A stretch of DNA of 64,000 bases. It comes from Callorhinchus milii. Taxonomy: Eukaryota. This document shows, piece by piece, positions 1 to 12,593 of this stretch; the stretch's first letter is position 1, and every line of letters begins with the position of its first letter. The stretch spans positions 37,140,001 to 37,204,000 of the forward strand of contig NW_024704742.1 of assembly GCF_018977255.1 (NCBI RefSeq), given 5' to 3'. The position numbers and the translations under genes were made by a program. The notes beneath the pieces are model-generated. The model did no database searches and was not told where the DNA came from. It saw only the letters and a program-made list of their open reading frames with translations.

Positions 1-248
1 GTTTGCAAGTGCAAATGCAGTACCCAGTGTAGAACTGATTCTGAACAGTAGAGACCGAGGTGGTCTCATATTTGATCCTGAGTCAGTGTTGAGTTAGCTT
101 ACATTAGCCTGGGAAGCATTAATCGTATAGTATATCAGCATGTCTCTTGATTCGTGGGGTGGGAGGGCAAATAATCTCAGGTCTAGTTCCTGCTCCTGAT
201 AACAATATCGACCGGATAGAGTTTTAAATCCCGCCTTGATATAGATTT

Positions 249-1108
249 AACAACAACTTGCATTTATATATGGGTCGGGAAGTTTACATGGAAGGTGAAA
301 TTTAGGGTAGAGCGGGCTGCAATGAAGTCAGAGGAAGTGGGGAATGAGGAGTTGAGATGAAGGTTGAAGTCGTCCATGATGAGCAGGCATTCAGTACAGA
401 GAAACAGGGATGAGAGGAGAGAGATGTCCGTGAGGAGGAAGTCAGGAGGTTTGGGGGCTGAGGGCGGTACATTAGGAGGATTTGAAGGAGAGAGAGTAGG
501 GATGGTAGAGGGTGAGGTGCTCGAAAGAGCGGAAACAGCCAGAGGAATAAGGTAATAGGTTAAGGGAGGTTTGGGAGATGAGGGCGTGACGGTTGGGGCA
601 GGGGGTGTGGTGGAATGTATAGCTGGGGATGGTGGGGATGCTTTGATAAGGAATTCGGGGTTGCCAGGGGGCAGCGAGGTTTCCATAAGCCCTAGGATGT
701 CAATATCAACATCCAGGATAAGGTTGTGGACGAAGAGGGCTTTGTTTGAGAGGGAGCGGACGTTTTTGAGGGCAATGCAGGTGGGGTCGCTGATGGGGAT
801 TGAATGCTGGGGGAGGGGTTGGGGGTTGCAGGTTGTGGGGGGAGAATGACCATGCGGTTTGAGGGTGGAGGAGAGTTGTGAAGGATGTGGATGAAGGAAG
901 GGTTTATCATGGATGTGGGGAAGGGTCTTATGTAATGAGTGGGTGATGGGGCAGTCAGGGTGGCTGTTCTGGGACAACCAACGCCGCATGCAGTGATGAG
1001 CACAGCGAAGGATACCCAGACTGGAGCAGAGTCCAAGAATCCAGTGGATGAGTCCAGGAGAGAGAGAAAGCGAGGAGGGCGACAATAGAGGAGAAAGAAT
1101 GGAGAATG
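249..1108 (-). mobile_element. L2-clade LINE remnant: APE endonuclease region joined directly to the 3' tail
   Basis: ORF 264..1085 carries APE motifs (NVRSL, DILGLMET, IMDDFNLH, FPTH). The reverse-strand tail aacaacaacttgcatttatata lies at 249-270. Confidence 0.85.
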
Positions 1109-2119
1109 TTTACTCAATTAATGAACATTTGAATGCATCCAGAATTTGGCAAATTGTTGAATTTAGTCTTAACTTTGAGGTTTGTTTCTCTAGATCTTGA
1201 GATTTAACCATGCAAATATGTAAGTCAGTGCAGGACTAAGCTTAGCTCTGATTCCGTCCAACCGCTCCACAAAATTAACTAGCTTCCTGACACACACTGC
1301 AAGACATAAATTAATGGTGACTTGGACTACATCCCAAAGAGCAGTTGGTGTCCTTGGAATTTCAGCATGAATCATTGCAATTAACAGAAGCGCGTCAAAA
1401 TTCGATGAAAAATGCATTTTGAGAATCTTTCAGTGGGATTTTAAGAGTATGGGGAATTGCATGGATGTACAGTATTTCGTTACCATTGGTCCTGATGGGG
1501 AACCACTTCTGAACATACAATTATGCCATTTTGAGATACTCGATTAGTTTCAGTAGGCTCAGAGCATGAAATGTTGTTCAGTCAGGCTTCAACATTGAAT
1601 TCAACACTAAGATTCATTCAGTAGTGCTAACCTGCCTTTTGCAGAGCTGATAAAATCATCATTTTGCAAATATCTTCTATGTAACAATAATGAAGGCACA
1701 TTTTTAAACAGTTTTTTTCTGATGTATTTGTCATGCAGGAAACAATTGAAGCACAATTAGCTAAACAGTAGCAAATCAGACATCCTAGGTTTCCTGACCC
1801 TGTGTGTTTTCATTGGCCAAAGTTCAACATGTGTACAATAATAGTCGTTCTGTTGACAAAAAAGGATTATTTTTGTTATGTGGGCTTTATTCCAAGGCTA
1901 CTTTGTAACCCTAATTTCAACTTCAGGGAGTACGTGAATGTTGACTTTGTGATGTTTGCAAATGTAAACTACAAGTAGCAGAATCAAAGTCATAAATTGT
2001 CAAGGCAAACTGTTCTCCATAGTTAGACATGACAGTACATCCCGTGCAATGGCAACCTCTGGTCAGTCAATGTCATTTGTTGGTCAGTAACGTGGAACTG
2101 TACATTAAATTTTTCTTTG

Positions 2120-2520
2120 TTGTGCTTCAGAGTCAGACGTTCGTGAGCTCAAACTCCACGTTGGGCTCATAGTTTACACAGATATTTCAGTGAAGAGTTG
2201 GTGAAAGTATTGCATTTTCAGAGGTGTTGTATTTTGGCTGATACTAACCAATGTTCCATCTACCTGTTCAGCAGAATGTTAAAGATTGCATGACACCATT
2301 CAGTAGGAGAAGAAAGTTTCTCCTGCTGTCCTGGCCAACAATCTCCTTCGGATAAATTGTTAAATAATTGGATAAATCACCTCATGGCTATTTGTTGATA
2401 TTGCTGTGTGCAAATTTCCTGGCATATTTGTCTATAAATACATAATCACTACACTTAATTATAAACTATGTTACCTGTGAAGCTTTTGAGACATTTTGAC
2501 ATACAACTGATTATTAATAT
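2120..2520 (+). mobile_element. Old Deu-domain SINE (SacSINE1/AmnSINE1-like), degraded
   Basis: Degenerate match to the motifs in the copies at 8760, 50120 and 55260 (gaggtg..., acctgttcag...ttaaagat...catg, tttctcctg.tgtcctggccaacaatc). Confidence 0.65.
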
Positions 2521-3954
2521 AATGGAAACATTGCTTATTTTACCACATTTCAATTATATTTTGAGCCTGTTTAAATATCTTCCACATCTTCATTATACTT
2601 TCCATCTCGCAGTTCTTGGAGATGAAGGGAAAAAAGAGGAGAGCTATAGGTTTGGAGGGGAGGCGGACAAACAGGTTTTGAGAGGAGGGGAGGAAGAGGT
2701 ATAGGTTTAGATAGCGAGGGAAGGAAGAAATACCTGCTTGAAGATGAAGGAAAGGAGATTTACAATATTAGAAAGGAGAGGATAGATAAAGTTTTTGAGG
2801 AAGAAGGAAGAAGGGAAGGATAAAAAGGAGGGAGAGGGGAGACAGTCCAGCAAAACATTCATGAAATGGTCCGACTAATTCCAAATAATTCTGCTGGCTG
2901 AAGAGTCAGCAAAAAGGTAGGCTCTGTTTATCACCAAATACAACTTCAGCATTGAACACAACTTATATCTATCCAGTGATGGAATCACTTGACTCTTGGC
3001 AGAGAAAATCCACAAGTTTCATGGAGATTATAATTAAGATGTAGAGCTGCACCACAAATGCTGCTGGTATTTAAAACAGAACTCCATGTTTCTATCAGGA
3101 ACATGACAGTTGCTGCAGCTGTATATCAGCAACCTATGGTAGTCCAAAACATTATTACAGAATATCGGCAGCACATTAATCTGTCTTCCTGATAGTTCTC
3201 TTCCTGATAGTCTTTCTGGACTGAAAAGAGCAGTTGTTAGGAAAACAAGAGACCAAGTGGACCTCAATGTGGGAGGGGAGCGGGTGGGGGCTAGGGGGGG
3301 GTTACAGAATGAGTTTCCCTGCATATATGTTATGTTATGCCGACCTCTGATAACTCAGCCATCCAGTAAGTCATTGCCTGGTTATCATGGATTGGTTTGA
3401 CATTAGGTGGTGTAGTCTGTAGGATGTAGTTTTTACATCCTGAGGTGCTGTCTCTGGCATCAAAGTGCCGTTTACACTGTTGCTTTTCCGCTGAGTGTTT
3501 TTTCAGCCTCCGTGATTCAAAACCTTTCCCTCTTGAGCTAGAATTGCTGAAGCATGTATTAGGAAAATACATTGCTTGTTATAGAGAAAGTACAGGAATG
3601 GAACATGAGGTCAGTAGAGTGGGTTGCAATGATGGTGTGTGTGTGTGTGGGGTGGTGGGGGCTCAAATATATTATTTCCCATTGGGTACATTGAGGCTGA
3701 CTACATCCTATTGTTATGCAGCCCAGTCGATCATAAGCAGCCTACTCAAATCAATCCCCAATAATGGACCTTAACACACATCCCAGTCAATCACCAGCTT
3801 TGCAATTTTCACGCTGACTCTTTGTGTACTGTAGTTTCTCTGAATGAGATTGTCAAGTTAATGCCTGATTGAGCTAAATTATAGGCAGCTTTGTAATATG
3901 GGTCCACACCCATAAGGAACTGGTTTGTAATGCCAACAAACTCATTTGACATTG

Positions 3955-4085
3955 AATCATAGAATTATACAGCATAGAAGGAGGCCATTCGGCCTATCGT
4001 GTTTGTGCCAGCTCTTTGAAAAGTGCTATCCAATTCAATCCCTCTCCCACGCTCTCCCCATAGCCCTGCAAACTTGTCTTTCCTA
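3955..4085 (-). mobile_element. CR1 LINE 3' end fragment
   Basis: gaatcatagaattatacagcatagaaggaggccattcggcc...gctctttgaaaag is the reverse complement of the CR1-type tail seen at 9310-9555. Confidence 0.75.
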
Positions 4086-4174
4086 AATAATTATCTACCC
4101 AATAGTCCCAATATTGGATTCAATCTACCCAATTGAAACCAATAGTCTTGTAGATGACAGAAACTAACATCTCC

Positions 4175-4498
4175 GTGGAGTCCTGTAGCTCAGTGGTTAG
4201 AGCACTCGCTTAGCAAGCGAGAGACCCGAGTTCAATTCCAGGCAGAGGGCGAAACCTTGGGCAAGTTTCCTTACTCCACACAGAGCCTAATAATAATCCC
4301 TCCAAAACAAAACAATAATAATTGGTCATTTTCAATCTACGACTGTTTGTGGGACATTGCTGTGCGCAATTGGCTGCCGCGTTCGCCCACAAATATACAG
4401 TCAATTCACTTTACAGTGTGTTCTGTGAAGCGCTTTGGGACGTCCTCTCGACGTGAAAAGCGCTATATCAAATGCAAGGATTATTATTATTATTATTA
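4175..4498 (+). mobile_element. Full-length young tRNA(Ala)-derived SINE with L2-type tail and (ATT)n end
   Basis: A box TAGCTCAGTGG and B box GAGTTCAATTCC; body near-identical to other copies; probable TSD atctcc on both sides. Confidence 0.93.
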
Positions 4499-5138
4499 TC
4501 TCCTTGGACTGGGCTGACTTCAAATCGAGGAGTCAGAGGTGCCAAGATATTGTTGATTCCAATATTGTTCACTATGTCATTCACACTCCCACCCCGCTTT
4601 TCATATTTTTCATCTTATGTTTGCTGCCAGATTTAGTTTTATCCATCAAGGTAAGACAGGCTTTGCAGTGGAATTGTTTAAATTCATTCTATAATACATG
4701 AGTCAATTTCAAACTGCATTTTTAGTAATGCTATGGATCATCTGGGAATATCCTCTGGTAATAGGAAATATTTCACCCAGACACACAGGAGCTCCACTCT
4801 GAAAATGAATTGTAGTTGAACAGAGTTCATGTAGTCTTTGTGACATATTTCTGGTTACCAGAAGGAATCCCCATTTCTGACAAAACCTTTCTTAAGCAAT
4901 TCCATTTAAGGTCACAGCGTTTTAGACCTCAATTGCTCACACAATCTTACCGGTTATGTGATAGCTCTCAATAACGAAGACATGCTCAATAAAGCATGTA
5001 GAAGTATGAATGAGTTTGGGAGTGAGTAATAAACCTGTAACTTCAGGCTTGTGAAGCAGGTGATATCACACCAGGGCCAATCCAACTTAGGTGGTTGGTG
5101 CACAATACATGAACTTGAGGGTTGAAATGATAGTCCTT

Positions 5139-5481
5139 TGGAGTCCTGTAGCTCAGTGGTTACAGCACTCACTTTGCAAGCAAGAGACCTGGGTTCGATT
5201 CCTGGCAGGGTTAAACCTTGGGCAAATTTCCTTACTCCACAAGCCTGATAATAATCCCTCAAAAGAAAACAATAATAAATTGATCATTTCAATTCACGAC
5301 TGTTTGTGGGACACTGCCGTGCGCAATTGGCTGCCGAGTTTCGTCCACAAATATACAGTCAATTCATTTGACAGTCTATTCTGCGAAGGGCTTTGAGACG
5401 TCGAGAAGACGTGAAAAGCGCTATATCAAATGCAAGGATTATTATCATTATTATTATCATTATTATTATTATTATTATTAT
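5139..5481 (+). mobile_element. tRNA(Ala)-derived SINE, more diverged copy
   Basis: Same head (B box GGTTCGATTCC, TGC anticodon loop), body and (ATT)n tail as the 4175-4498 copy. Confidence 0.9.
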
Positions 5482-6029
5482 AGGGCTTTAGCTGGCTTCC
5501 TATCACCCAGGACTCTTTCCAATGTGTTTGGTCTCAATGTACAGCCGGTGCTGATGACTATAAGAAGCACTTCATTGATTGCTGTGAGGACTATTGTGAT
5601 GTCATGGCTCGGTGCTGCCCGCAGTTCACAGCACAGTATAATAAAGGGATTGTTTTGCTGCAGCCAAACACAACATTAAAGCTATTGAGTATCACATATT
5701 ATATAAAACTAATGCCGAAAGTCCCAGGTACGTATGGTGCTCTAACCCTCTGTAAAAAAATCTTCCTCCGTGCCATATGACACCGACATCAGGAGCACTT
5801 TCATTATTTCTATCGTCAAAGTTACCTCTTTCCCTGATACCGAGAAAAGCTGAGACTGAATGAACTTCCTCGACATGGGATGACGGCCTTAGCGGATGGC
5901 ACCTGGACACAAAAGGTTCTCATGGTAAGATATACCAACTTTTACCAAGGCTGTATGTTCTATAAATAAAAGTTCTGCAACAGTTAGGTTACACCCTGAA
6001 ACATAATGCTGGTGTAATGGTACGCCCAT

Positions 6030-6250
6030 CTTTCCAATCCTAGCTCTGCTCCACTGACTCCTCATCCCCCAGCAGATCAGATTCAAGATTGTTGTCCTCA
6101 CTTACAAATGCCTCCATTGTCTCGCCCCACCCATACTTCTGTGACCTCCTGTGACTACTGGCTTAGCAAACACTAGCCCGGTCAGTTATATGAGGATTTT
6201 GAGACATCCTCTCGACATAAAAAGTGCTGTATAAATGTAAATTATTCTTG
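6030..6250 (+). mobile_element. L2-clade LINE 3' fragment, degraded
   Basis: Contains ttcaagattgttgtcctcacttacaaatgcctccat (FKI-LTYK-LH motif) followed by a tail-like sequence. Confidence 0.7.
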
Positions 6251-6339
6251 TTTGCAAGCTCCTCAAGCTTTGTTTTTGCTGTTGAACATTTGGAAGGGAT
6301 AAGGAAATAAGGATAAGGATAAGCAAATAAGGAATACTC

Positions 6340-6600
6340 AGCATTTAACAGGATGTTAACGACTGAATAAATTGCTTGAATTCTTTGAGGAAGTAACCAA
6401 GTGTTTGGATACTTAGACTTTAGAAAGGCATTTGATAAAGTGCCACAAAAAAGCTTTATGACTGATGGAAATGGGATTCATGGAAGAGTAACAAAATGGA
6501 TAGAGGAATGATTTCAAGATAGGTGGCAGAGAATGGATGTTTTTTTGTATGAGTAGTTAACGGTACACCTCAGTGACCGATGTTAGGATCTTCTTCTCTA
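6340..6600 (+). mobile_element. CR1 LINE reverse-transcriptase fragment, degraded
   Basis: Contains ttgcttgaattctttgaggaagtaacc (LLEFFEEVT) and ttagactttagaaaggcatttgataaagtgcca (LDFRKAFDKVP). Confidence 0.75.
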
Positions 6601-8017
6601 TTTATATTATTTCTATCCCCTCCATGTCAGTATAGGAACCCTAACATCAGATATTGACCTGCCATGATAACCCCAACTCCAACCCCATTGATTGAGCCTG
6701 CTGATGTTTACCGACCAGGCTCACACGTTAGAATAGTTGATTGGGCATGGATGCCATGTTCTAAAGTATTGTACACAAGTGGGAGGCAATTCACCTTAAA
6801 AAAAAGAGGAAAGAAAACTGGGGTATCGTTTTAAGAAAAATTATACCAGAAACAAAATTTTATAGTTGTGTTCCCTCTGACAAAGATTTTTAATGTAACT
6901 TGAATTTACAACTGTTAACTGCTCAATGTAATAATTAATGAAATTGACGCCTACTTACTCAGAAAAATGTGCAAACATTATGGTTAGAGGCACATCATTA
7001 TTTAGTGCTGATATGGACACGGAGTTGATTTGAAAAATCTGGGAAATGCAGCAGGCATTCCAGGAACTCAAAAGGAGGCACTCTGCCAGCATTTGTAATC
7101 AGAAATCAATTTCAACTCCAACACGAGCGCCAGATTGCAAAGTTGTGCAACAGATGCCACTTAAATGACTGTCTGAAATTCCATAATTCTCTTTAGTGCC
7201 TGACTATTTCCTGTTGACTTTTAAATGTATATGATATATTTAACTACATGTTAAGTATTTAATTTTAGCCTGATAAAACACTACTCTAAAATATAAACTT
7301 AGAATGGTACGAGTCTTGCTGATTGCCGAGAAAGTTCCTCACTGTCAAGTCTAGCAAGTATAAGAATGTTAGTGGAGATACTGGTGGAGAAAAAGCTTCA
7401 ATGGGATGTAATCATAATCCTTGTATTTGATATAGCAACTTTCATGTTGGGGGATGTCTCAAAGTGCTTCATAAGATTTATTGTAAATGTAATGACTATG
7501 CATTTTGTAGGCAAACACAGCATCTAATTTGGACAGTAATATCCCACGGAACAGCCATGAAAATGTACGCTACAAACAACTCATAAACTGAAAGCCTCAT
7601 TTCTGCTTCAATAACCATGCTTATTCATTGATCATACTTTTGGTCATTTGATAAGGGTTGTTATTGTGAAAACTCTGTATGGTTTAGAGTAGATCCTTTC
7701 CATCTATATGGTCTAGCACCTAACATCTTCCTGTACCCGTCACATTCATACTTGCAATTACAAAATATTTGTAACTTCTGAGTAGGATTTTTTTTTTTAT
7801 CTGTGTATTCATCTTCGTGTTTATGCACTGAGACGTCGCTTTGAGACGTCGAGAAGATGTGAAAACCGCTATATCAAATGCAAGATTATGTTTATTTATG
7901 CACTGAATACTTGGAGGACTTGTACAGACATTTCTTATGGGGATGTGCTTTTCAATATGTGCTGAGGAAGGACACTGGTTCCCAATGTCCTTTGTACCAT
8001 TTTTGTCCTGTGGGTCC

Positions 8018-8510
8018 GGCAGGATTGATTTCAAGATCCTCATCCTCACCTACAAGGCCATTCACGGCCTTGCTCCCTCCTACCTCTCTGACCTACTATC
8101 CCCCTACCTACCTGCCCGTACCCTCCGTTCCTCCGGCTCCGGTCTGCTCCACGTCCCCCGCCCCAATCGCCCTACCATCGGTGGTCGGCCTTCAGCCTCT
8201 CAGCCCCGAGGCTCTGGAACTCTATCCCCCAGTGCCTTCGCCTTGCTTCCTCCCTCTCCTCCTTCAAGGCCGGTCTCAAAACCTTTCTCTTTGACCGAGC
8301 CTTCAGCTCCCTCTCGACTCTCTACCCCCTCCTCGCTCCCTCCCTTCCTTCCCCTCACCCTGACCATTTCCCCCTCCTCGCTCCCTCCCTTCCCTCCCCT
8401 CACCCTGACCATTTCCCCCCTGCTCGGGTCATGACCCAACTGTGCAGCGCCTTGGGACATCCTCCTGACGTGAAAGGCGCTTTATAAACATCTTGTTGTT
8501 GTTGTTGTTG
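8018..8510 (+). mobile_element. L2-clade LINE 3' end with (GTT)n tail and an internal ~43-bp tandem duplication
   Basis: RIDFKILILTYKAIHGLAPSYLSDLL (ORF 7937..8434); 3' stem-loop and ttgttgttg tail; duplicated unit at about 8327-8420. Confidence 0.9.
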
Positions 8511-8759
8511 CAGTCCTGGGAGGAAATAGTCAATTTAGTTTTGCTGCACAATAAAATGCCATGTTCTCTATCAGCATCATTACATACTTTTTGTGGCATA
8601 GAAGAATAGTAAGTAGCTCTGTGCGGTGAGTTTGCACCCATTATGGACTGTTAATTGGATATTGGATCGTGACAGATTTTTCCATCGGGTTGACTGGATT
8701 GAAGTCAAGGTCCCAGAGGTGAAGGTCACCTTTCCAACCCCTTCACATATCAAATAGGT

Positions 8760-9140
8760 ATCAGTTGGTAGCATTCTCACCTCTGAATCAGACGGTCATG
8801 ATTGAAGCCCATGTTGGGACTTTGAACTCATAGTCTAGCCTGAACCTTGAGTGTAATGGTTGGGGGAGCACTGAATTGTCAGAGGTGCTGTCCTTTGCAC
8901 GAGTTGTTGAACTGAAGTTCCTTCTGCCTTTTCAGACCGATATTAAGAAGGGAGTTTCTCCCATGTCCTGGCCAACAATCCCCCATATAAAATTGCCACT
9001 CACTTAATCGACATTGCTGTGTGCAACTTGTCTGCTGGGTTTGCCTACAAAATGCGCAGTTACTACACTTGACAATAGGATCCTCTGAAGTACTTTGAGA
9101 TATCTCAATGATGTGAAAAGGTGCTATTTAAACAGAAAGT
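8760..9140 (+). mobile_element. Old Deu-domain SINE (SacSINE1/AmnSINE1-like)
   Basis: tRNA-like head, then gaggtgctgtccttt...gggagtttctcccatgtcctggccaacaatcccc...gctgtgtgcaacttg and a gtgaaaaggtgctat tail. Confidence 0.75.
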
Positions 9141-9309
9141 TGCAGATTTAATTCTTGGTCTGTATCAAGGTAGTTTATCTGAAAAAGAATCAGTAATTAA
9201 GTGCAACGATTAATCTACAACAAACAACAAAATTACATTTGCATAGCACCTTTCACATCAGGAGGACGTCCCAAGGCTCTGGACTATCAGTGTAATCTAA
9301 CATTAATAG

Positions 9310-9555
9310 GTTAATTTTTTACCCAGAGAGTTGTTACAGTCTGAAATGCACTGCCTGAAAGGGTGGTGAAAGCAGATTCAGTAATAGCTTCCAAAATGGA
9401 ATTGGATGGGTATTTGAAAGGGAAACATTTGCAGAGCAATGGGATAAGAAGAGGATAGTGGGACTAGTTGGATAGCTCTTTCAAAGAGCCTGCACAAGCA
9501 CAGTAGGCCAAAAGGTCCCTCTGTGCTGTAAGATTCTGTGATTCTATGATTCTAG
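9310..9555 (+). mobile_element. CR1 LINE 3' end
   Basis: ttttttacccagagagttgttacagtctgaaatgcactgcct (degenerate FFTQRVV..WN.LP) and a gattctgtgattctatgattcta terminal repeat. Confidence 0.85.
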
Positions 9556-10191
9556 GTTACAGAGGGGAAACCTTCAACTATGGTTCCCACCCATTTGCTA
9601 GCAAGTGGGTCCCACGCTGGAATGTATGTGGGATATATATGTATTCATTTTTAAAAAGTAATCGTTTCACTCGTTGACCTTTGATCTGATTATTTCCCAC
9701 AATAGTTCTTCCGCTATTATTTGAAAGCAAACGTTGTAGATCTAAATAAACACATTGAAGCTCTGAATCAATNAAAAAAAGTAAACAATTGGATAGTGCA
9801 GAGATTAACTTGAAAAGAACACGCTCCCACCAATACATAAAAATATCNTTTTTTTGGTCCTTTTATTAACTTGCTTTTTGAGGTGTGAAGTCAATTGGAA
9901 GGCAGGTGAGCTGATAGATCAACACTGCAGTGTGGGGAAGAGATGGTAAAAATAGGCTGAGGGGGGACAACCTGTCAAACGTTTACTCATGGAGAACGCG
10001 AATCGGAACTGCGTGCGCGCGTGTGTGTGTTTTGGTTTTAAAAGAAGGTACCGATATGGAATCAGTCATCCTGACATATTGTTTCATTTAGGGGGGAAAA
10101 AAAAAGATGCATTCCTTCGATTTTTCGGAATCGATCATTGCCGCTTGTTGCCTATGGTGGGATGTCAGTGCTGGCTGGCACTTTGCCCCAG

Positions 10192-10633
<442 letters not shown>

Positions 10634-10639
10634 TATTAT

Positions 10640-11154
10640 AATAATAATAGTGTGGTGGATGTGCAGCAGTGGGGGGGGGCAGACAGGACTACATCCCCCA
10701 GGCTGCTGAGCCCAGGGTTGGCGCAGGCGCAGTCCGGCTGTGCGGTGTCCGGGGGCTCGGGTTGCAGTGGAAGCGGCGGCCGAGGCGGGTTCGTTCCCCA
10801 GTGCAGCTCAGTCAGTGTAACCAGGACAGCCACAGCACAGCACAGCACCGCACCGCCGCCAGGGCTCAGCACAACAACAGCGACAAGCGGCGGCACGGGG
10901 GGGGGAGGAGGAGGAGGGGGGAGGGATGCTGCTGTTTGCACGGGAGGCTGCGGGTCACCCCCGACGTTAAGGGCTCCAACCTGTTGTGAAATGTTTCATC
11001 TCAGCCTCCGAGAGCCATTGCGGAGATGCGGCTTCTTCTGCTCCTTCTGCCGCCGCTGCCCTTAACGAGGTGTGTGTGTGTGTGTGTCTGTGTGTCTGTC
11101 GGTCTGTCTGTGCCCTTCAAAGCCCCGCTGCCTTTTGACGTTTTGTCACCGCTG
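10640..11154 (+). promoter_or_regulatory. PTPN13: CpG-island-like promoter and putative non-coding first exon of PTPN13 (TSS not determinable)
   Basis: GC- and CpG-rich block in an otherwise AT-rich, CpG-poor window. It ends in a consensus donor CTG|GTAAGT (intron starts 11155), about 15.8 kb upstream of the ATG exon, which needs an upstream exon. Confidence 0.75.
10687..10706 (+). promoter_or_regulatory. ZNF143/THAP11-type (SBS) motif
   Basis: GACTACATCCCCCAGGCTGC resembles the ACTACAnnTCCCAnnnTGC consensus and sits at the 5' edge of the CpG island. Confidence 0.5.
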
Positions 11155-11244
11155 GTAAGTAAGTGAAGTAAGTTAAGTTAAGTTAAGCGCCGAGTGCGAT
11201 ACGGGTCGCCTTGAAATTGGAGGAGTTTCAGGAGAACTTAACAC

Positions 11245-11819
11245 GGGGGGGAGAGGGGGAGAGGGAGGGAGAGAGAGGGAGGGAAGGGGAGGAGGGGGAG
11301 AGAGAGGAGGGAGAGGGAGAGAGGGGAGGAGGGGAGAGAGGAGGGGAGGGGGAGGGAGGGGAGAGAGGAGGGGAGAGGAGGGAGGGGGAGGGGGAGAGGG
11401 GAGGGGAGAGGGAGGGAGGGGAGAGGGGGAGGGAGGAGGGAGGGGGAGAGAGGGAGGGGAGAGAGGGGAGGGGAGGGGAGGAGGAGGGAGGGGGAGAGAG
11501 GGGGGAGGGGGAGAGGGAGGGGGAGGAGAGGGGGAGAGAGAGGGAGGGGGAGAGAGAGGGGAGGAGGGGAGAGAGGGAGGGAGAGAGGGAGGGGGAGAGA
11601 GAGAGGAGGGGGAGAGAGGGAGAGGGGGAGAGAGGGAGGGGGAGAGAGGGAGAGAGGGAGTGTGAGAGAGGAGAGAGGGAGAGAGGGAGGGTGAGAGAGG
11701 AGAGAGGGAGAGAGGAGGGGGAGAGGAGGGGAGGGGGAGAGAGAGAGGGAGAGGGGAGGGGGAGAGGGAGGGAGGGAGGGGGAGAGAGGGAGGGGAGGGG
11801 GAGAGAGGGAGGGGGAGAG
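11245..11819 (+). repeat. ~575-bp polypurine (G/A) low-complexity tract
   Basis: Almost exclusively G and A (GGGA/GAGA/GGAG units); it produces the artefactual ORFs 11173..11859 and 11211..11894. Confidence 0.97.
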
Positions 11820-12063
11820 TGCTACCCAGACAGTGCCAGTGCAGGGGACATGATGTCAAGGGAGACAGACAGACAGACAGACAGTATGTGCTGAGTCCTT
11901 AGTGGTTTATAAATAAGGAGAGACTTTGTACAGTACTCTTTCTTTCTTTCTTTCTCTTTAATTTGCACGTGTTGGTTTATCTCTTTACTGACTGTACCTT
12001 CAGTCCCATTTGTAAGCAGTCGATCCCCTTTTTTCTTCTTCAGCTCTTTCCCCATTCACCAGT

Positions 12064-12173
12064 CCCCCCCCCCCCCCGACTTTCTTTCCTTCTTTCCTTC
12101 TTTCTTTCTTTCTTTCTTTCCTTCTTTCTTTCTTTCTTTCTTTCCTTCTTTCTTTCCTTCTTTCTTTCTTTCC

Positions 12174-12213
<40 letters not shown>

Positions 12214-12225
12214 TTCTCTTTCTTT
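12064..12225 (+). repeat. Polypyrimidine (C)n-(TTTC)n-(TC)n microsatellite
   Basis: Direct reading of the sequence. Confidence 0.95.
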
Positions 12226-12562
12226 GAGAATTCGTATTTTTTAAAAAAAGAAAAGTAACAATAGAAATAGTTCATTACGAATTCAAGTGGAAGTGTACCC
12301 AGTGCTTTATTTTAATCGATGGAGGGAGGAGGGAGGGTGTATGGTGGTGGTGGTGGTGGGGGGTGAAACTGTTTAGCCAAATTGTCAGGGTTTAAAACAA
12401 TTCGACTTTGCCTTTTATGTTCTGCTGACAAACATATTTTTCTGGGTTTGGATCAGATTTCTGCAAGAGAACAGTTATGCGAAGTCAGAACAGTTCTTAA
12501 ACATTTATCTTTTATTGAAATAAACAAGAGCAGAGGGTTCCCCACTGTGCCATATGGTTGGG

Positions 12563-12593
<31 letters not shown>

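Noticed and set aside
4175..4250. tRNA-Ala gene
   Set aside because: The tRNA-like head runs into a SINE body and tail repeated many times in the window; there is no proper acceptor stem or terminator.
11173..11894. 228-aa Pro/Ser/Leu and 227-aa Gly/Glu/Arg ORFs
   Set aside because: Translations of the polypurine tract, which lacks stop codons for compositional reasons.
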